A stretch of DNA of 63,725 nucleotides, filler included, from Guillardia theta CCMP2712 (GCF_000315625.1; 5 parts of 5 records of this genome joined end to end with filler, not necessarily neighbours in it), one strand, 5' to 3'; positions 27,252 through 41,021 are shown, counted from the first letter of the whole stretch. The notes: a model not told the origin generated them from the sequence alone. Translations and numbers: made by a program.

Positions 27252-28809
27252 CTAGCAGCTCAGTCGCTTCACGTTAGGACGCGGCTCTGATGAGGGTCCT
27301 GGCTCGGATCGGGAGAGAGCAATCGGAGACGATGAAGCTCAACAACGCGTGAGTGACTGATAACGATCCTGTCTTCGTTATGCCGTCTGAAATCTCCTCC
27401 CCCTCCCCCTCCTCTTCCCTTCCTCCCCCAGTTTCCGGCAGGAAATGAACAAGCTGGATCCGTCGCGAGCGGCTGAAGGACACATGGGTGGGGAACAGGA
27501 GCAGGGCAGGTGAAACTTGCATGAAACAAGGACGAAAATTGACCGGGGGAGGCGCAGGAGGGAGGAGGAAGGGGAGGACAGCAAGGAGAAGAGTGGATTC
27601 GAAAAGATTTTCAACTCTGAGATGCGGGAGGATAAGGAGGAGGAAGAGAAGGACAGGTGAGGTCGAGCGATGGAGGAAGGAGGATGAAGGAGGGTCGCCA
27701 GGGCGCTGTCGCTGGAGCTCGAGCACCTGATGGATCAAGCCAAGGCTCCTCCTGTCCTCTCGTCCGACCTCTCGGTCTGCAGTTTGCTCGTGGAGTCTCG
27801 TTGCTGACAGGTCTCTCTGCTGCAGGCGAAGTCGGAGGGAGCGACGGAGAAGCGGGAGGGGAAGGTAGCTTGCTGCTCATGACATGGCAGCGGCGCAGGC
27901 TGTTGACTTTTTGCCTGTAGGATCAAGTTTATCAGGAGCTGATCAAAGAGCTGCAGAAGAAGCTCAACGTTTGAGCTGCTGCCCTCCCTCTCTTTCCCCC
28001 TTCCCCTTCCTTTATCCCTCCCCCTTTCACTACTCCCAACCCCCTCCTGTGCTGCTTGACAATTCGCTCCCTCACTTCCCACTCTCTTCCTCGTCCTTCG
28101 CCCTCCTCTCCCTCGCCCTCGCTCTGTCTCATCATCTTGTTTGGGCCGCAGTAGCTGCGGGTGTTGTTTGATTAGAAACAATATAGCTGTTACATCCTCT
28201 TCACAGTCAGCCTTTCCTCCCCTCCTCATTCTTCTCGCCGCCTCCCTCCAGCAGGTATACCGACTCCTTCGCCGACTGCAGCGTGTTGCTCAGCTGCACA
28301 TTTCTCAGCTCGTTGAACCCCCGCAAACTCCACGCAAACTCACCATGGTCGAGTAGGACTCCCCCTGGGGAATTTGAGCCAGGCATGCAGCCTGTGATGA
28401 CCTCCCCGTCAGTGATGCTGCTTCCTCCCTCCCTCTCCCTCTTCCTCCTCCTCGCCTCCAGCTCCCTCCCTCCGATCCGCCTCCCCTCCTGTTACTTCTC
28501 CTCTCCCTCACTCCTTCCTTCCCCATTCCCCCCCTTCTCCCCCTTGACTCTATCTCACTCCCCCCCCTCTCTCTCTTCATCCTCCCCCTCCCCACCTGAT
28601 GGCGCAGGATGGAGACTGAAATCCACGAGACCTCGTCGTCGTGCGTCTCGCCGCTGTCATCCCGTCAGCGAGCATGACGAGGGGACAAGGGAAAGGAGAA
28701 GGGAGGGGAGGGAGATGAAGGAGAGGGAGGGAGGGAGGGAGGGGAACGAGTCGGAGCAAGGGGAGCAAGAAGGGTAAGATGCGAGGGAGGAAGGGAGGAG
28801 CGGGGGCAA

Positions 28810-30989
28810 ACCTTGGAACACAGAGTTGCTGCCGCAGCTCTTGCAGCTTCAACCGCACCTGCCGTTGCTCCCCGTCAACGTGAAGGAGGGAGGGAGTTGA
28901 GAGGAAGGAGCAGAGGTGGGAACGAGGGAAGGACGGCAAGGAAGTGAGGTCAAGGAGCAAGGAATACGAGGGGCAAGGGCGAGGGAGGGAGGTGCGATGG
29001 ATAGACCTTACCTCCTGCGACAGCAGGATCGACCAAATGCGCTGCTGGCTCACCCACCTCGTCCCTGAGAGTCCTGCCTCCTCCTCCTCCTTGTCGCTCT
29101 TCCACGTAGAAATCTCTCCCCTCTCCCTGCCCCCGCACACTCACACTCAGGTCAAGGCAGGAAGGCAACACGCACATGGAGAACAAGTCTGCCAGGTACT
29201 TCCAGTTGAGCGCCTGGGGGCCGCAGAGTCATGAAAAGGAAGGAGCGAGGGAAGGGAGGAGGAGAAAGAAGACAACGCAGGGGACGAGGAAAGGAGAGTG
29301 AAGGAGGAGGCGGAGGAGGAGGAGGAGGCGGAGGCGGAGGAGAAGGAGAAGGAGGAGGAGATGAAGGAGGACGAGGACGAGGACGAGGATAGAAGACGAG
29401 GATAGAAGACGAGGACGAGGACGAGGACGAGGTCGAGGACGAGGAGGATCTAGAGCTGGAGGAGGAGGAGGGCAAAGACGACGAAGAGGAGGAAGAGGAA
29501 GAGGAAGAGGACAGGAGGCGACCTTCTCTTCATAAGTGCTCATCAGATCTCGCACGGTATCGAGCGACTCGCAACTCTGCAGTCGAATAAACGCCTCCCT
29601 CACCAGCTCCTCCAGAGCAGGGACAACACAGAGACAACACAGAGACAACACAGAGCATCACTGACCTTGCACTGCCGCGCAAACTCTGGGGACAGGAAAA
29701 CAAGAGCTCGTCAGAACAATCTCCCTCCGCTCCTCATGCTGAGAACCTTCGACATTCTGTCCGCACCAGCAGCTGTTTTCAGCTTCCGGCCGAACCTGAT
29801 GCCGTGGCGGTCACTTGCCATCCTTTTCAAACCTCCACTCCACCTGCAGCGACAGCCAGGCGAGCAGCTGGGCAAGGTCGTTGCCCCCGGTGGCTGACCT
29901 GCAGGCCTTCTTGAACTTCCGCCATACCGACTGCTCCCTCTGCGAGCGGGCAGGATCAGGTCCTCCTGGTCCTCCTGGTCCTCCTGCTCCTCCTCACCTG
30001 CCATACAGCACTGTACGGGATGCGATCCGACAGCTCCAGGAGGTCCTCGGCTATCTTGTTCGCCTCCTCCCTGGTCTTGTCCGGCTCTCGCTTCCTGTTT
30101 CCCTCCTTCACCATCCCCGCCCTCGGCCCATGCGCAATGTAGGTGATCGACTTCTGCACGCTTCTCCTGCGGTTCGAGCATCAGCAGCAGGGCACGGGAA
30201 GGGAGGAGGGGCAGCCAACCTGGGCCGAAGGCTGACGCCTGACTTGTTGTTGCTGCTACTGCCGCTTTTCTTCGTGTTACTATTGTTGCTATCTTTGTTG
30301 CTGTCGTCGTCGTTGTCGTTGTTGTCGTTGTTGGACTTGGTCGACTCGTTGTCTGAGTTCTGCGCTGACTTACCATCCGACAGGATCTCCTGGTTCTTGG
30401 CTCTCTTCCCCTCCCTCTCCTCTGCCCCCTCCACATCTTTCTCCTCCCCGGCAGGCGAAGCATAGTCGGGGGCTGGACGCTTGGAGCTTGCTGCATGTGA
30501 GTCTGCGGGAGGGGTCGAGCCGTTCTCCGCTGACTGCTGGTCAGCAGGAGAGCCCTTGCTCTGGGAGGACTCTCCCTCATTTCCCTCCTCCTTCGCGTCT
30601 GCCCTCTCGTCTCTGCAGCGGTCGGGGCGATCAGCTGGCAGAAGAGTTGTCAAGGACAGGCGAAGCAGCGACGGGGGCGAGTCACCTGCTTCAGGGCTCG
30701 CCTCGTTGTGCAGCACGTCCATGTCAGCCTCCTTCTCCGACGACTGGTGGTCAGCCCTCTCCATGTCGTTGCCCTCTGTCGCCCCCGCCTCGTTCTTGGG
30801 CCTGTCGATCACATAGGTAGCTGGGGGGAACTTGTCCCATTTCCCATCCAGCTCGTCGATGTAGATCCCGTTGGCCTTGTTCTCCGCCAGGATCACCGAC
30901 GGCATGCCCATGCTCATGTCCGACTGGATGATACCATTCTTGCACACGTACACTTGAGGAGGGGACTGCGAGCGCTCCTCGTCTGCCAT
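28810..30989 (-). CDS. Multi-exon hypothetical protein (3' end uncertain)
   Basis: MADEERSQSPPQVYVCKNGIIQ...; further exons SVWRKFKKAC, ELVREAFIRLQSCESLDTVRDLMSTYEEK and VRLKLQELRQQLCVP with canonical splice sites. Confidence 0.55.
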
Positions 30990-31659
30990 TCCTCCAGAGC
31001 TTACCAACTCCTACTCAAGAGTCTCTGGGAAGCATATCATGTAGCCAGGAACATCCTACACAGACTTGGTTTCATGGCAGCTTAGACTTCTCCCATCATT
31101 CGTTCGGCAATGCTGCGATCAATGTCGAGTTTCTACCCAGGGTCGTCAACTCAGGGGGGGCATGTACAAGGCCACATGCTCCACCCATGAGACGCGTCAG
31201 GAACCTCCTGCTCCTGATACTGCTCCTGCTCCTGCTCCTTGTCACTCTCTTCTTCTTCTCGTCGCTCTCTCTTCTCTGCTCATTCTCTCCCTCCACTTTG
31301 CGTCGCCCTGCATTTATCGCTCTTCCCTTCCACCATTGTCACCCCTCATCCCTCCCCACTACCACCCCTCCCACATGTACACAATTTTGTTGTCCCAGAT
31401 GCTTTCTACCATAAATAATGATGCTTGACCCCTTTTTTTATCTTAAAGTACCCCGTATCGATCCCAGGGCAAGTTCTTCCAGAAGCCCAGTACCCGTACT
31501 TTTTGTACCCCCACCCCTTCGTTCTAGTATCTTCAAAACGTAGTACCCCCACCCACCTCACCTCTAACTAATCCTACCCCACCTTCTTCCTTGAAACAGA
31601 ACCCCCGCCTTGCTCGTCACAGTACCCCTATTTCTTACCAATCAAGTACCCCACAGGTC

Positions 31660-32290
31660 ACCGAGTCTACCGGTCACACTGTGGCGGCCGGGGGCCGGCA
31701 GGGCCCGGCTCAGTGAACTGACGGTCCGAGCGAGTCACTGAGCCTCACTGAGTCAGGCTTTACGCCCCCGTCTCCTATCATGTGACTGATTCAAGTACAA
31801 TAACTTAACTGAGAATCGTTCTAATGATAAAAGTGCAGCTTAACCTAGACGTGAGATTCAGAAACTTAGGTATGTTACCGTGTTGGACAAGAGATTCAAT
31901 TCAATGATTATTCAATGCCGCGGCAGTGCCCGGCCATACCGGGCGGGGGCCGGCACTGCAGTGAAGTAACTTAGTCCGATCACCGGCGAACCGTTCTGCG
32001 ACCCGGTGACCTGACAGGCTTCGGAGGAAACGGCCCAGTTGAGGCACACTCAGTGGATCGGACGGTGAGTTGGCTCAGCGGCTGAGGCCAGCCTCTCAGA
32101 CGGTGGGCCCGGCGGCCGCCCCGGGCCCGGGGCCCGGGGCTCGGAATCTCACCGTGGCACGGTCCGACGGTCCGATCAATCGGATCCCGGCCCGGCCCGG
32201 CACTGAGAGGGGGCCCGCTCAGCGGCTGGCAACAGTCAAGTTTGGGCACTGCGGGTTGACTGAGCGATGTCAAACTACTCAACGGCTCTA
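31660..32290. repeat. CCGG/GC-rich island with an AT-rich core
   Basis: same vocabulary as the other islands. Confidence 0.6.
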
Positions 32291-32304
32291 TCAACCGTGC
32301 GATA

Positions 32305-32718
<414 letters not shown>

Positions 32719-33234
32719 GCAATCTCATCAGATGTCGACGACAAGAAGGAAGGAAGGAAGGAAGGAAGGAACTTGGGAGAAAGAAGGTAGGAGGGGAAAG
32801 AAGAAAGGACGGAGGGAGGGAAGGAAAGAGAGAAAGAAGGGCGTACTCAGAGGGGAGAAGCAGCAGAATTCGAAGAAGAGGAGCGGGAAGGGGACGATGG
32901 ATGAGCAAGGAGATGAAGGAGGAGAAGAGGAAGAAAATGCGGACAAGGAGAATCTAGCAGGGTTGTGAGAGGAGGAGAGGAGAAGAAGGATGAAGAGGGA
33001 GTCGAGGAAATGAGGGGGAGTGATGACGAGAGTCTTCAGATAGGAAGGATGAAGGCGAGGAGGAGGGAGATAGGGAGATATGGTTTGCCTTCTCCGTCCT
33101 CTCGAGATTGACCTTCCAACAGCCTGCCCTGATGTCGCCTTGAGCTAAGGCCTGCCCGTGAGCGAAGCCAGAGTTTGAGGAGGAGGAGGAGGAGGAAGAA
33201 GGAGAGGAGGACGAGGAGAGGAGAAGCAGAAGCC

Positions 33235-33707
33235 ATGTCGAGGGGAAGCGACAAAATTGCGCAGGTACGACTGAAGGGAGGAAGGGCAAGAGCAGCTGAT
33301 ACCCTGCAGCTGGAAAACGCGCTGGAGAAGAAAGACCAGGAGATCAACGTGCTCAGGCTGGCGACGAGGAGACTGGAGGACGAGCTGCAGACTCTGACAC
33401 AGAGGCTGGAGGAGGAGCTGGCAGAACGGGACGCGAGCATCGGGCGGCTGAAGAAGTCGTTGGAGGATAGGATGAGTGTCATAGAAGGGACCACGTGGAG
33501 CGGGAGGCTGACGACGAAGTACTTAACCGTGTGCGAGCGACTGAGGGCAGAGCCGGACGTGGGAGTTCTGTTTGCTCTGAGCACAGGATCGCGGACAATC
33601 ACGTCGGACAAGATGACGGAGAACGTGAGAGGGAGGGAGGAGAGACGATCTTATGACGGAGCTGCGGCAGGGATGTATGCCGTTGGCCGAGGTGTTGAAG
33701 CCTCAGG
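33235..33707 (+). CDS. Coiled-coil protein, 5' exons only (contig ends)
   Basis: MSRGSDKIAQ|LENALEKKDQEINVLRLATRRLEDELQTLTQRLEEEL...|GCMPLAEVLKPQ; the last piece resembles the start of an RI-like LRR. Confidence 0.55.
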
Positions 33708-33830
33708 TGAGGAAGGAGGAGGAGGAGGAGGAGGAAGAGGAGGAGGAAATGACGACAAGGGATGAAGGAGGATGAGGGAAGGTGGAGGAGGCAAGGGGGG
33801 GAGGAAGGAGGGAAAGGCAGGAAAAGGAGC

Positions 33831-33879
<49 letters not shown>

Positions 33880-33979
33880 NNNNNNNNNNNNNNNNNNNNN
33901 NNNNNNNNNNNNNNNNNNNNNNNTTAATTAATTAANNNNNNNNNNNNNNNNNNNNNNNNNNNNNNNNNNNNNNNNNNNN
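33880..33979. other. Artificial contig linker
   Basis: N44-TTAATTAATTAA-N44. Confidence 0.97.
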
Positions 33980-34411
33980 CCCCTCTTCCTTCTCCTCCTC
34001 CTCTTCCTCCTCTTCTTCCCTCCCCGAGTTTTTCCCCTCCCTCCCCCTTCCCTCTCCCCTCCATCCATCCATCCATCCATCCCCACCTCTCTCTTCCTAC
34101 CCCTCTCCCATACTTCTCGTGATCGGTTTCTCCCTCTCTCCACCTCTCCTCCTCCTCCTCCTCTTCCTCTCCTCTTCCCCCTTCCCGCACGCTCCTGACG
34201 TCCTCCTCCAGCTACAGCACGACACCATTATCGCAAGCATCGACCCAGGACAGCAGGGCTGGCAGACGTTCCTCCTCCCTCTCGCCGAGTGGGAGCCGAT
34301 AGGAGGGGCTGGCTAGTCGATTCTTTACATTCAAAGGTAGAGGGGCTCCAGGAGAGGAGGCAAAATGAGCTTGAGGAGACGAAAAGCGCTCCTCCTCCTC
34401 TTCCAGATGCG

Positions 34412-35584
34412 CTACAGGCAGAGGCCTGACTCGAGAGTGAGCGACAGGAGAAGGAAGAGAAGGGGGAGCAAGAGGAGCAGGAGCAACAGGAGCAGGAGCA
34501 GCAGGAGCAGGAGCGGGAAGATCGCAAGCAGTATACTCACATGGAAGGATGAAGAGGAAGGGAACGAGGAACGGTATGATAACCAGAGAGCATCCGCACG
34601 TGCAGAAGCTGCAGAAGGAGTGAGAGGAGTGCGAGAGAGTCATACGAGTACCTCATGAGGATAGCGATAAAGATGATGATCAGGATAGTGATTGTAAACA
34701 TCCAGCATCCTCCTCGAAGGCGCAGGACCAAGTGCAGCGTCGACTCTTTCTGCGCTCTGCCGTCACGTCCTCTATAACTTGGCTCTCCGTCCCTCCCCAG
34801 CCTCTCCTCCCTCTCCCTTCGTCCACCTCTCCTGACCCATCCCACTTCTTACTCCTTCGCATTCTTCCTCGGTTCTCCCTGCACTTCCTCTCTCCTCCCT
34901 TCCGCCTCCCTCCCTCCCCTCCGCCTCCCTCCCTCCCCTCCGCCTCCCTCCCTCCCCTCCGCCTCCCTCCCTCCCTCCCTCCCTCCCTCCCTNNNNNNNN
35001 NNNNNNNNNNNNNNNNNNNNNNNNNNNNNNNNNNNNNNNNNNNNNNNNNNNNNNNNNNNNNNNNNNNNNNNNNNNNNNNNNNNNNNNNNNNNCCCCTCCC
35101 TCCCTCCCTCCCTCCCTCCCTCCCTCCCTCCCTCCCTCCCTCCCTCCCTCCCTCCCTCCCTCCCTCCCTCCCTCCCTCCCTCCCTCCCCTCCCTCCCTCC
35201 CTCCTCCCTCCTCGCTCAACTTCCCATCCCTCCTGTCGATCTCTCTCTCGCTCTCTTTTCCTCTTTGATCACTTCCTCTTGACCTGAATGTTGTAGTCTG
35301 CCAGAGTTCGACCGTCTTCGAGCTGCTTGCCTGCATCGCCATGAACCCCAAGCAGAAGGCAGCAAGGAACGGGAGGGAAGGCTGGGGGGAGCATACCAGC
35401 AAAGATGAGACGCTGCTGATCAGGAGGGATCCCCTCCTTGTCCTGAATCTTCGACTTCACCATGTCAATGGTGTCTGAAGATTCAACTTCCAACGTGATC
35501 GTCTTGCCAGTCAGCTGCAGGGTCGAGCACGAGTCAGTCAAAGCATGAGTCATGGAGACGAACCGTCTTGACGAAGATCTGCAT
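34412..35584 (-). CDS. Ubiquitin fused to a 45-aa hydrophobic, Cys-rich extension (6 coding exons)
   Basis: MQIFVKT|[40 protein letters not shown]|[15 protein letters not shown]|[33 protein letters not shown]|[23 protein letters not shown]|LCL-TAG, with GT-AG introns. Confidence 0.85.
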
Positions 35585-36568
35585 CTTGATGAAGCTGTCG
35601 AACATAGACGGGAATCAGATGAGATCGATATTGAGGTGAGCGGTGAGGAGTTATGGACGTTATCATGCTCTTGTCAGTGGACCGGTGCCCTCGAAGCTGA
35701 TCATGGAATGATCGGCCATGCATGAAATCATCTTCCTTTGGATCATTCGTCTTCTTTTTTTCTCATCCTCGCGTCTCCTCGCTCCCCCTTGCTTTTCCAC
35801 CTCCTCTCTTTCCACCATTTCACCCAAAAAGTATCCACACACTTCCTTCTTCCATATCTCTCTGTACTCTTTCCTGCTTTGGAAAATCCTCTACCCCGCA
35901 TACGGTTGTTCTTCCCTCCTCGTAACTTCCCTTGCCGCATCCAATCTCATCTCTCCCATGCTTACCCTCCTCTCCTCCCTCCCTCTCTTCCCTCTCCTCC
36001 GCCGCCCCAGCCGCCATTTTCGCTTGATTCTCATGTAGAGCCTGTAGTTCCCGCCATCTCATATAACCCCATGGAAATTACTAGGTGGCGTACTGGATGC
36101 ACCCCTGGTTGACTATGTGAAAGTACCGGTACAGGCAGCACCCTACCCCCCTCGTTCCTACGATGCCCCTTGGGTCCAGTCGCAATAAAATACTCGCTGC
36201 AACCCATCACATTATATATCTTCTATATATATTCCATTTTATTTCTGCTTTTGCAATAAATCTTGTAGCCTTTCAATAAATTCACTACAGTTTACTGTTC
36301 GAATCAATTGAGATGAGTCTCCTCATTCCATCAAGGGGACGCTTCAAACTCTCAGGCACGCCGCTGCGACGGGGGGGTGGGGGCTGTGGGGTAGGAGGGG
36401 TTCTGGCAGGGCCGGACTCCGCCCGGCGAGGTACTGAGGCTCCCAGCACGGTGAGGGCCGGGGCCCCGGCCCGGGCCGGGAGTACGGTCGTCGGCCCTGA
36501 GTCCGGCGTCGGATCGCCGATCGGACGGTCACTGACTCTCAGCACTGCCTGCCCGGTGCCGGCCAGCC

Positions 36569-36820
36569 CTTTACTCAAAGTTAAGTTAAAAACTCAGTAC
36601 GAGGACAATCAGCCTGGCTTTACTCAAAGTTAAGTTAAAATCAGCCTTTACGAGGACAATCAGCCTCGCTTTACTCAAAGTTAAGTTAAAATCAGTACGA
36701 GGACAATCAGATCGGCGGGTGTCCGGACGGTCAAGCCTCAGGAGAGGCGAGGAGGCCCTTGACCCTCCTCGTCTCTCCTGATTGTCCTCGTACTGATTTT
36801 TAACTTAACTTTGAGTAAAG
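36569..36820. mobile_element. Palindromic MITE-like element (36669-36820) preceded by two extra tandem copies of its left arm
   Basis: ctttactcaaagttaagttaaaatcagtacgaggacaatcag at 36569, 36618 and 36669 (minor variants); reverse complement at 36778-36820; inner arms caggagag.cgaggagg / cctcctcgtctctcctg. Confidence 0.65.
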
Positions 36821-37519
36821 TACCCGGACGGTCGTAACTTCAAGACATCAACTGTCAAGTTACGACCTTCCGAGTCACAGGCGGATGAGCCTCACAGTGA
36901 GGGGCCCGGCGGGGGCAGGGGGGGAGGGTCCAGACTCTGTCGATTTTTCCTTTGAGCCAATTGAAGGATCCTCGAGGTGCTTGAGGGTTAAACTGTGACA
37001 AGTTACTACGCCGGTCAATATCCCATTCGCGATCCCGAGTGGTAAACTTGAGGAGCCGCTTCTGCTACTCCCCCTCCCTCCTTCTCTCCCTCCCTCCCTC
37101 CCTCCCTCCCTCTCTCCCTCCCTCCCGCAGCTAGGCAGTGAGGTTGGCGGAGCTGATTTTGGATTCAGGGAGACCCTGACGACGACTGATACTCCGTCTC
37201 GTGCCTAAACCGGTCCACCTCCCGCCTGGTCTATCGGCATGACTCTCGCCAAAATGTTCCTACTCATCGATATCATGAGGGCTCCAATCTACCAGGGTTA
37301 CTGACTTGTGACATCTATAGGGGGCCTCAACAGAAAATTGTTTGAATAACCCGGGTGTCACCCNNNNNNNNNNNNNNNNNNNNNNNNNNNNNNNNNNNNN
37401 NNNNNNNNNNNNNNNNNNNNNNNNNNNNNNNNNNNNNNNNNNNNNNNNNNNNNNNNNNNNNNNCCCTCCTTCCCTCCTTCCCTCTCTCCCTCCCTCCCTC
37501 CCTAGTCAGCCAGGTCGCC

Positions 37520-37957
37520 ATGCAGTCTGTGCAGGTTCAGTCTCGTCCTCGCGGGGTTTCTCAGTCTGAGCGGCGCACAGTCCGAGTGACGCTCCCCCTC
37601 CTCTCTCGGCTGTTCCACCTCCGTCAGACTCAAGTTGCGTCGCTCCTCTGCATCTCCCTCTCCTCCCTCAAGTGCGCCTGCCGCAAGTTGGGCCTCGACC
37701 GATGGCCATACGAGCGCCGGTGCCATGAAAGAGCGGTGGGCGACCAGGAGGAGGCAGCGAAGGCGATGGAGGAGGGAAAGGTCAGGAGCGAAGCACCGGG
37801 GGAGGTCGAAGGTCGTGCAGAGCATGCTAAGCCAGTAGAGCAGGAGAATGAGGGAGAGGAGGAAGACGACTCGATCTGGGATTGGGACCGCCAGACGAGC
37901 AAGGAGGCGAACGAGGAGACGGAGAGATGGGAGGAGAGCTTGATTTTGGGGATATGA
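37520..37957 (+). CDS. RWP-RK domain transcription factor
   Basis: VTLPLLSRLFHLRQTQVASLLCISLSSLKCACRKLGLDRWPY matches the RWP-RK consensus; acidic tail. Confidence 0.9.
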   Translation: MQSVQVQSRPRGVSQSERRTVRVTLPLLSRLFHLRQTQVASLLCISLSSLKCACRKLGLDRWPYERRCHERAVGDQEEAAKAMEEGKVRSEAPGEVEGRAEHAKPVEQENEGEEEDDSIWDWDRQTSKEANEETERWEESLILGI

Positions 37958-38169
37958 TAGATAGCAAATGATGACACTAGGAGCAACGCTTGTCCTCCTT
38001 GCTTCCGCCAACCATCCCTTGTGGCAGTGGGAGGAGAAGGGGGGGAGAAAGATGAGGGTACGAGGAAGAGGAGGTTGCAACAGCACAGCCGATCATGTGG
38101 ACTAATAAAAATGAATGAAGCGATCATTTTCTGTTCTTGTCCTCGTTTCCCTCTTCCCATCACTAGATA

Positions 38170-41021
38170 TCAATTCTTGCAAATCTCCTCCCTTTCTCTT
38201 GCAATTGCCCCCCCCCCCCCCCCCCCCTCCAATCCTCGTTCTTCCTCCTCCCTGCTGCTTCTCCCCTCCCGCTGCTCATCCCCCTCAGCTTTCCAGCGAG
38301 TCCGACGGCATGTTCCTTCCACTTGCCCACCGGCCGTCAAACTGCCCACAGTGACACAGCAAGTCAGTCGCTTCCCCGGCCCCCTCCTCCACCTTCCCCA
38401 CCTTGGGCCCCAGCAGCAGCTGGAATGATCCTTGACATCCATTGCTGGCTGGTAGGGCTGCTGCCTACAGTGACTGCGGGTAACGAAGACTTCAGCACGC
38501 ACCTTGCTCGGAAGTCAGGTATACCACCTGCCTCCTGCCCGATCCTCATCGCAGACAACGAGTGCTTCATGCTCTGTGCGAAGCTCGTCAGCAGGTAGAC
38601 TCCCGACTGGTGAGGTCGAGTTCACCAGCAAGAACTTCGCGCAGGCCTCCAAGCTGCTGTCAACCTTCCAGGAGTCATCCATATGAGACGTGGAAGAGGC
38701 AGGAATAGGAAGCGAGGAGGAGGAGCAGGAGGAGCAGGAGGAGCAGGAGGAGCAAGAGGAGGAGGAGGAGGAGGAGGAGGAGGTGATGGTGGTGGTGGTG
38801 GTGGTGGGACAGGATGCAGTTGAGGGAGGGTCGAGAACGAGTGCAAGGGGAGCAGGAGGTGCGGGGAAAGAGAGGGAGAGAGGGAGGAGAAGAAGGAGTG
38901 GAGGTTCAAGGACGATACTCTGAGCTTTGTGTCGATGTCGCTGTCCTTGCAGCCAGTCTCGAACGAGAATGCCTCCCTGCTTCTCTCCGATAGTCGCTGG
39001 AGCTCCCGCATCAAGCTCCTGCCCTTGACATCACAGCCAGCAGCCGAGGAGATTGCCAGCCGCACCTGTGCTGGTTGTTGGTCTCCTCATACTTCTTGTG
39101 GAGCTCTCTGACGAGATTGTAAGTGCTGGCAGGACTGCAAGTGTCGCTCACCGAACTTTAACAGCGACGTCCTCCATGTTGTTGTCCGCTGAGAACCTCT
39201 TGTTCCAGAATTCGTTCTCCTGTCTCAGCTGTTCAGCTTCAACATCTTCATCGTTCCACAACCTCCAGCTGCAGCGAGCGAACGTGGGCGTCGAGCCCCT
39301 TGACTTTGACTATTAGGGTGTCAACCTGCGCAACGAAGAAGAAGTCTCTGTCATGATCACATGAAATGATGCTAAAGAGTTGGGGTGCGGACCTGTTCAC
39401 ATAGTTCGAGCACATCTACTTTGAGGAGCCGTCAGTATCAAGAAACAACAATCATCTAGACGGTCTTGCCGGCATGCTCGGAGCCCTTGCTCGCTGAATG
39501 CTCCAACCCTTGCCCCCCGTTGGTGCTTCTCCGCGCTCTTGGAAGTTTCTCTTCAAAGGATAACGCCCTATGTGGACAAAAGGTCACCCCCCGGATGGGG
39601 CAGAAAGAAAGATGGGGAGAGTGTAGGTGGACAGGAGCAGGAGGATAGGCGCCAGGGGTGCTGGAGGAGGACGTCTGAGCTGCCATCATGTCGGTCCTGT
39701 GCTCGGGTCTGACCATGGCCAAGTCCAGGCGTGCCTTTCACCAGGAGGGCAAGAAGGAGGAGGGAAGGAGAGGAGCAGAGAGAGGAGCAGAGAGAGAGAA
39801 AGGGGGACGATGGGAACACCTTACAGTCCCGCGCGAAGGAGCCTCTTCGTTCCATCTGCGAGGATCTCCACCTTGGAACTTGCTAGGAACATCACTCCGA
39901 GGGGAGATGCTGTCCTCAGAGAAAGATCCTTGCATGTCGAACCCCCCCTCACTCTCTCGACTCACGACCCTCTGCCGCAAGCTCTCGTACGCACTGTTCA
40001 TTCTCTCCAATTCTGACTTGAAGCCTGTATGATCTCGCATGATCGCATCCAACTTGCCCTCCAGCCCCGTCAGACGGGCAAGCATCTGACTCTGCAGCTC
40101 CTCTTGCGCCTCAACCTTGGGCTTCAGACGCACCTCAATCTGTCGGTTCTTCTCGATAAAATCTCTGTTGTGGCTGGAGATCGACGCCTCCATCCCCTCT
40201 AGCCTCGTTGACAATCGCTCCAGCTCCTCCGATACATGCGCGTTCAGCGCTGCCCTGTCATGCTCAAACTTCTCCAGCACCCTAACAGACCTGTTGGCCA
40301 GGTCAAGTGCCTCAGAAGAATTCTCTTGAACAGAGCGAATCTGAGCATCGTATTTGGCTTCCATCCTCCCCAGGAGACTTTCGTACGACAGCAACCTGCT
40401 CGACAGGTCGGACCGCAGGGCTTCGAACTCGGCGCCGCGAGTCTCCAGCTCTTGCTTGAGATGTAGGACGACATCGTCGTACCTGTTGGACGAGACATGC
40501 TCTTCGATCTTGTCAACCTTCCAGTTGTAGTCATGAGACCGACGATCTGAGTCCAGGCCTGACTCTGTCGGAGGAGGCGACGCCTGGGATTCTCTGCTCT
40601 CAGTGAGCAGCCTGCTCCGCTCTTCAGCTAGGTATTGGTGCGCCCTGGTCAGGCCTTCAACTGCAGCTTTCAGTTGACCTTGCAGACTCCCTTGTTTCTT
40701 GTTTCCTTTCTTAGATTTCTTCTTCTTCACCTTGGCAGTCGGATCTGTCGATGATGGCGCTTGTGCTCGCAGGCTGTCCACCACCCTGTTGGTCGCTGCA
40801 GGCTTTTCGACTTGTCTTGTCTTGACGCTCCTCATCTGCGATCTCGGCTCGCCAGTAAAAGCCGCGGCTAGCCCGCTCTACAAACCAACATGTCAGTGGA
40901 TGCAACGACCATGCTTCTGCCAGAGGCATCAAAAAGGTGAACCTCCTGCCATGATCAGCACTGGGGGATGGGTGATGGGTACCTGTGTGACTTGCGGAGG
41001 CCTTGCCGTTGTTCTCCTCAT
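38170..41021 (-). CDS. Multi-exon coiled-coil hypothetical protein (boundaries approximate)
   Basis: Large heptad-rich exon 39823-40880 plus smaller downstream exons with GT-AG boundaries. Confidence 0.6.
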
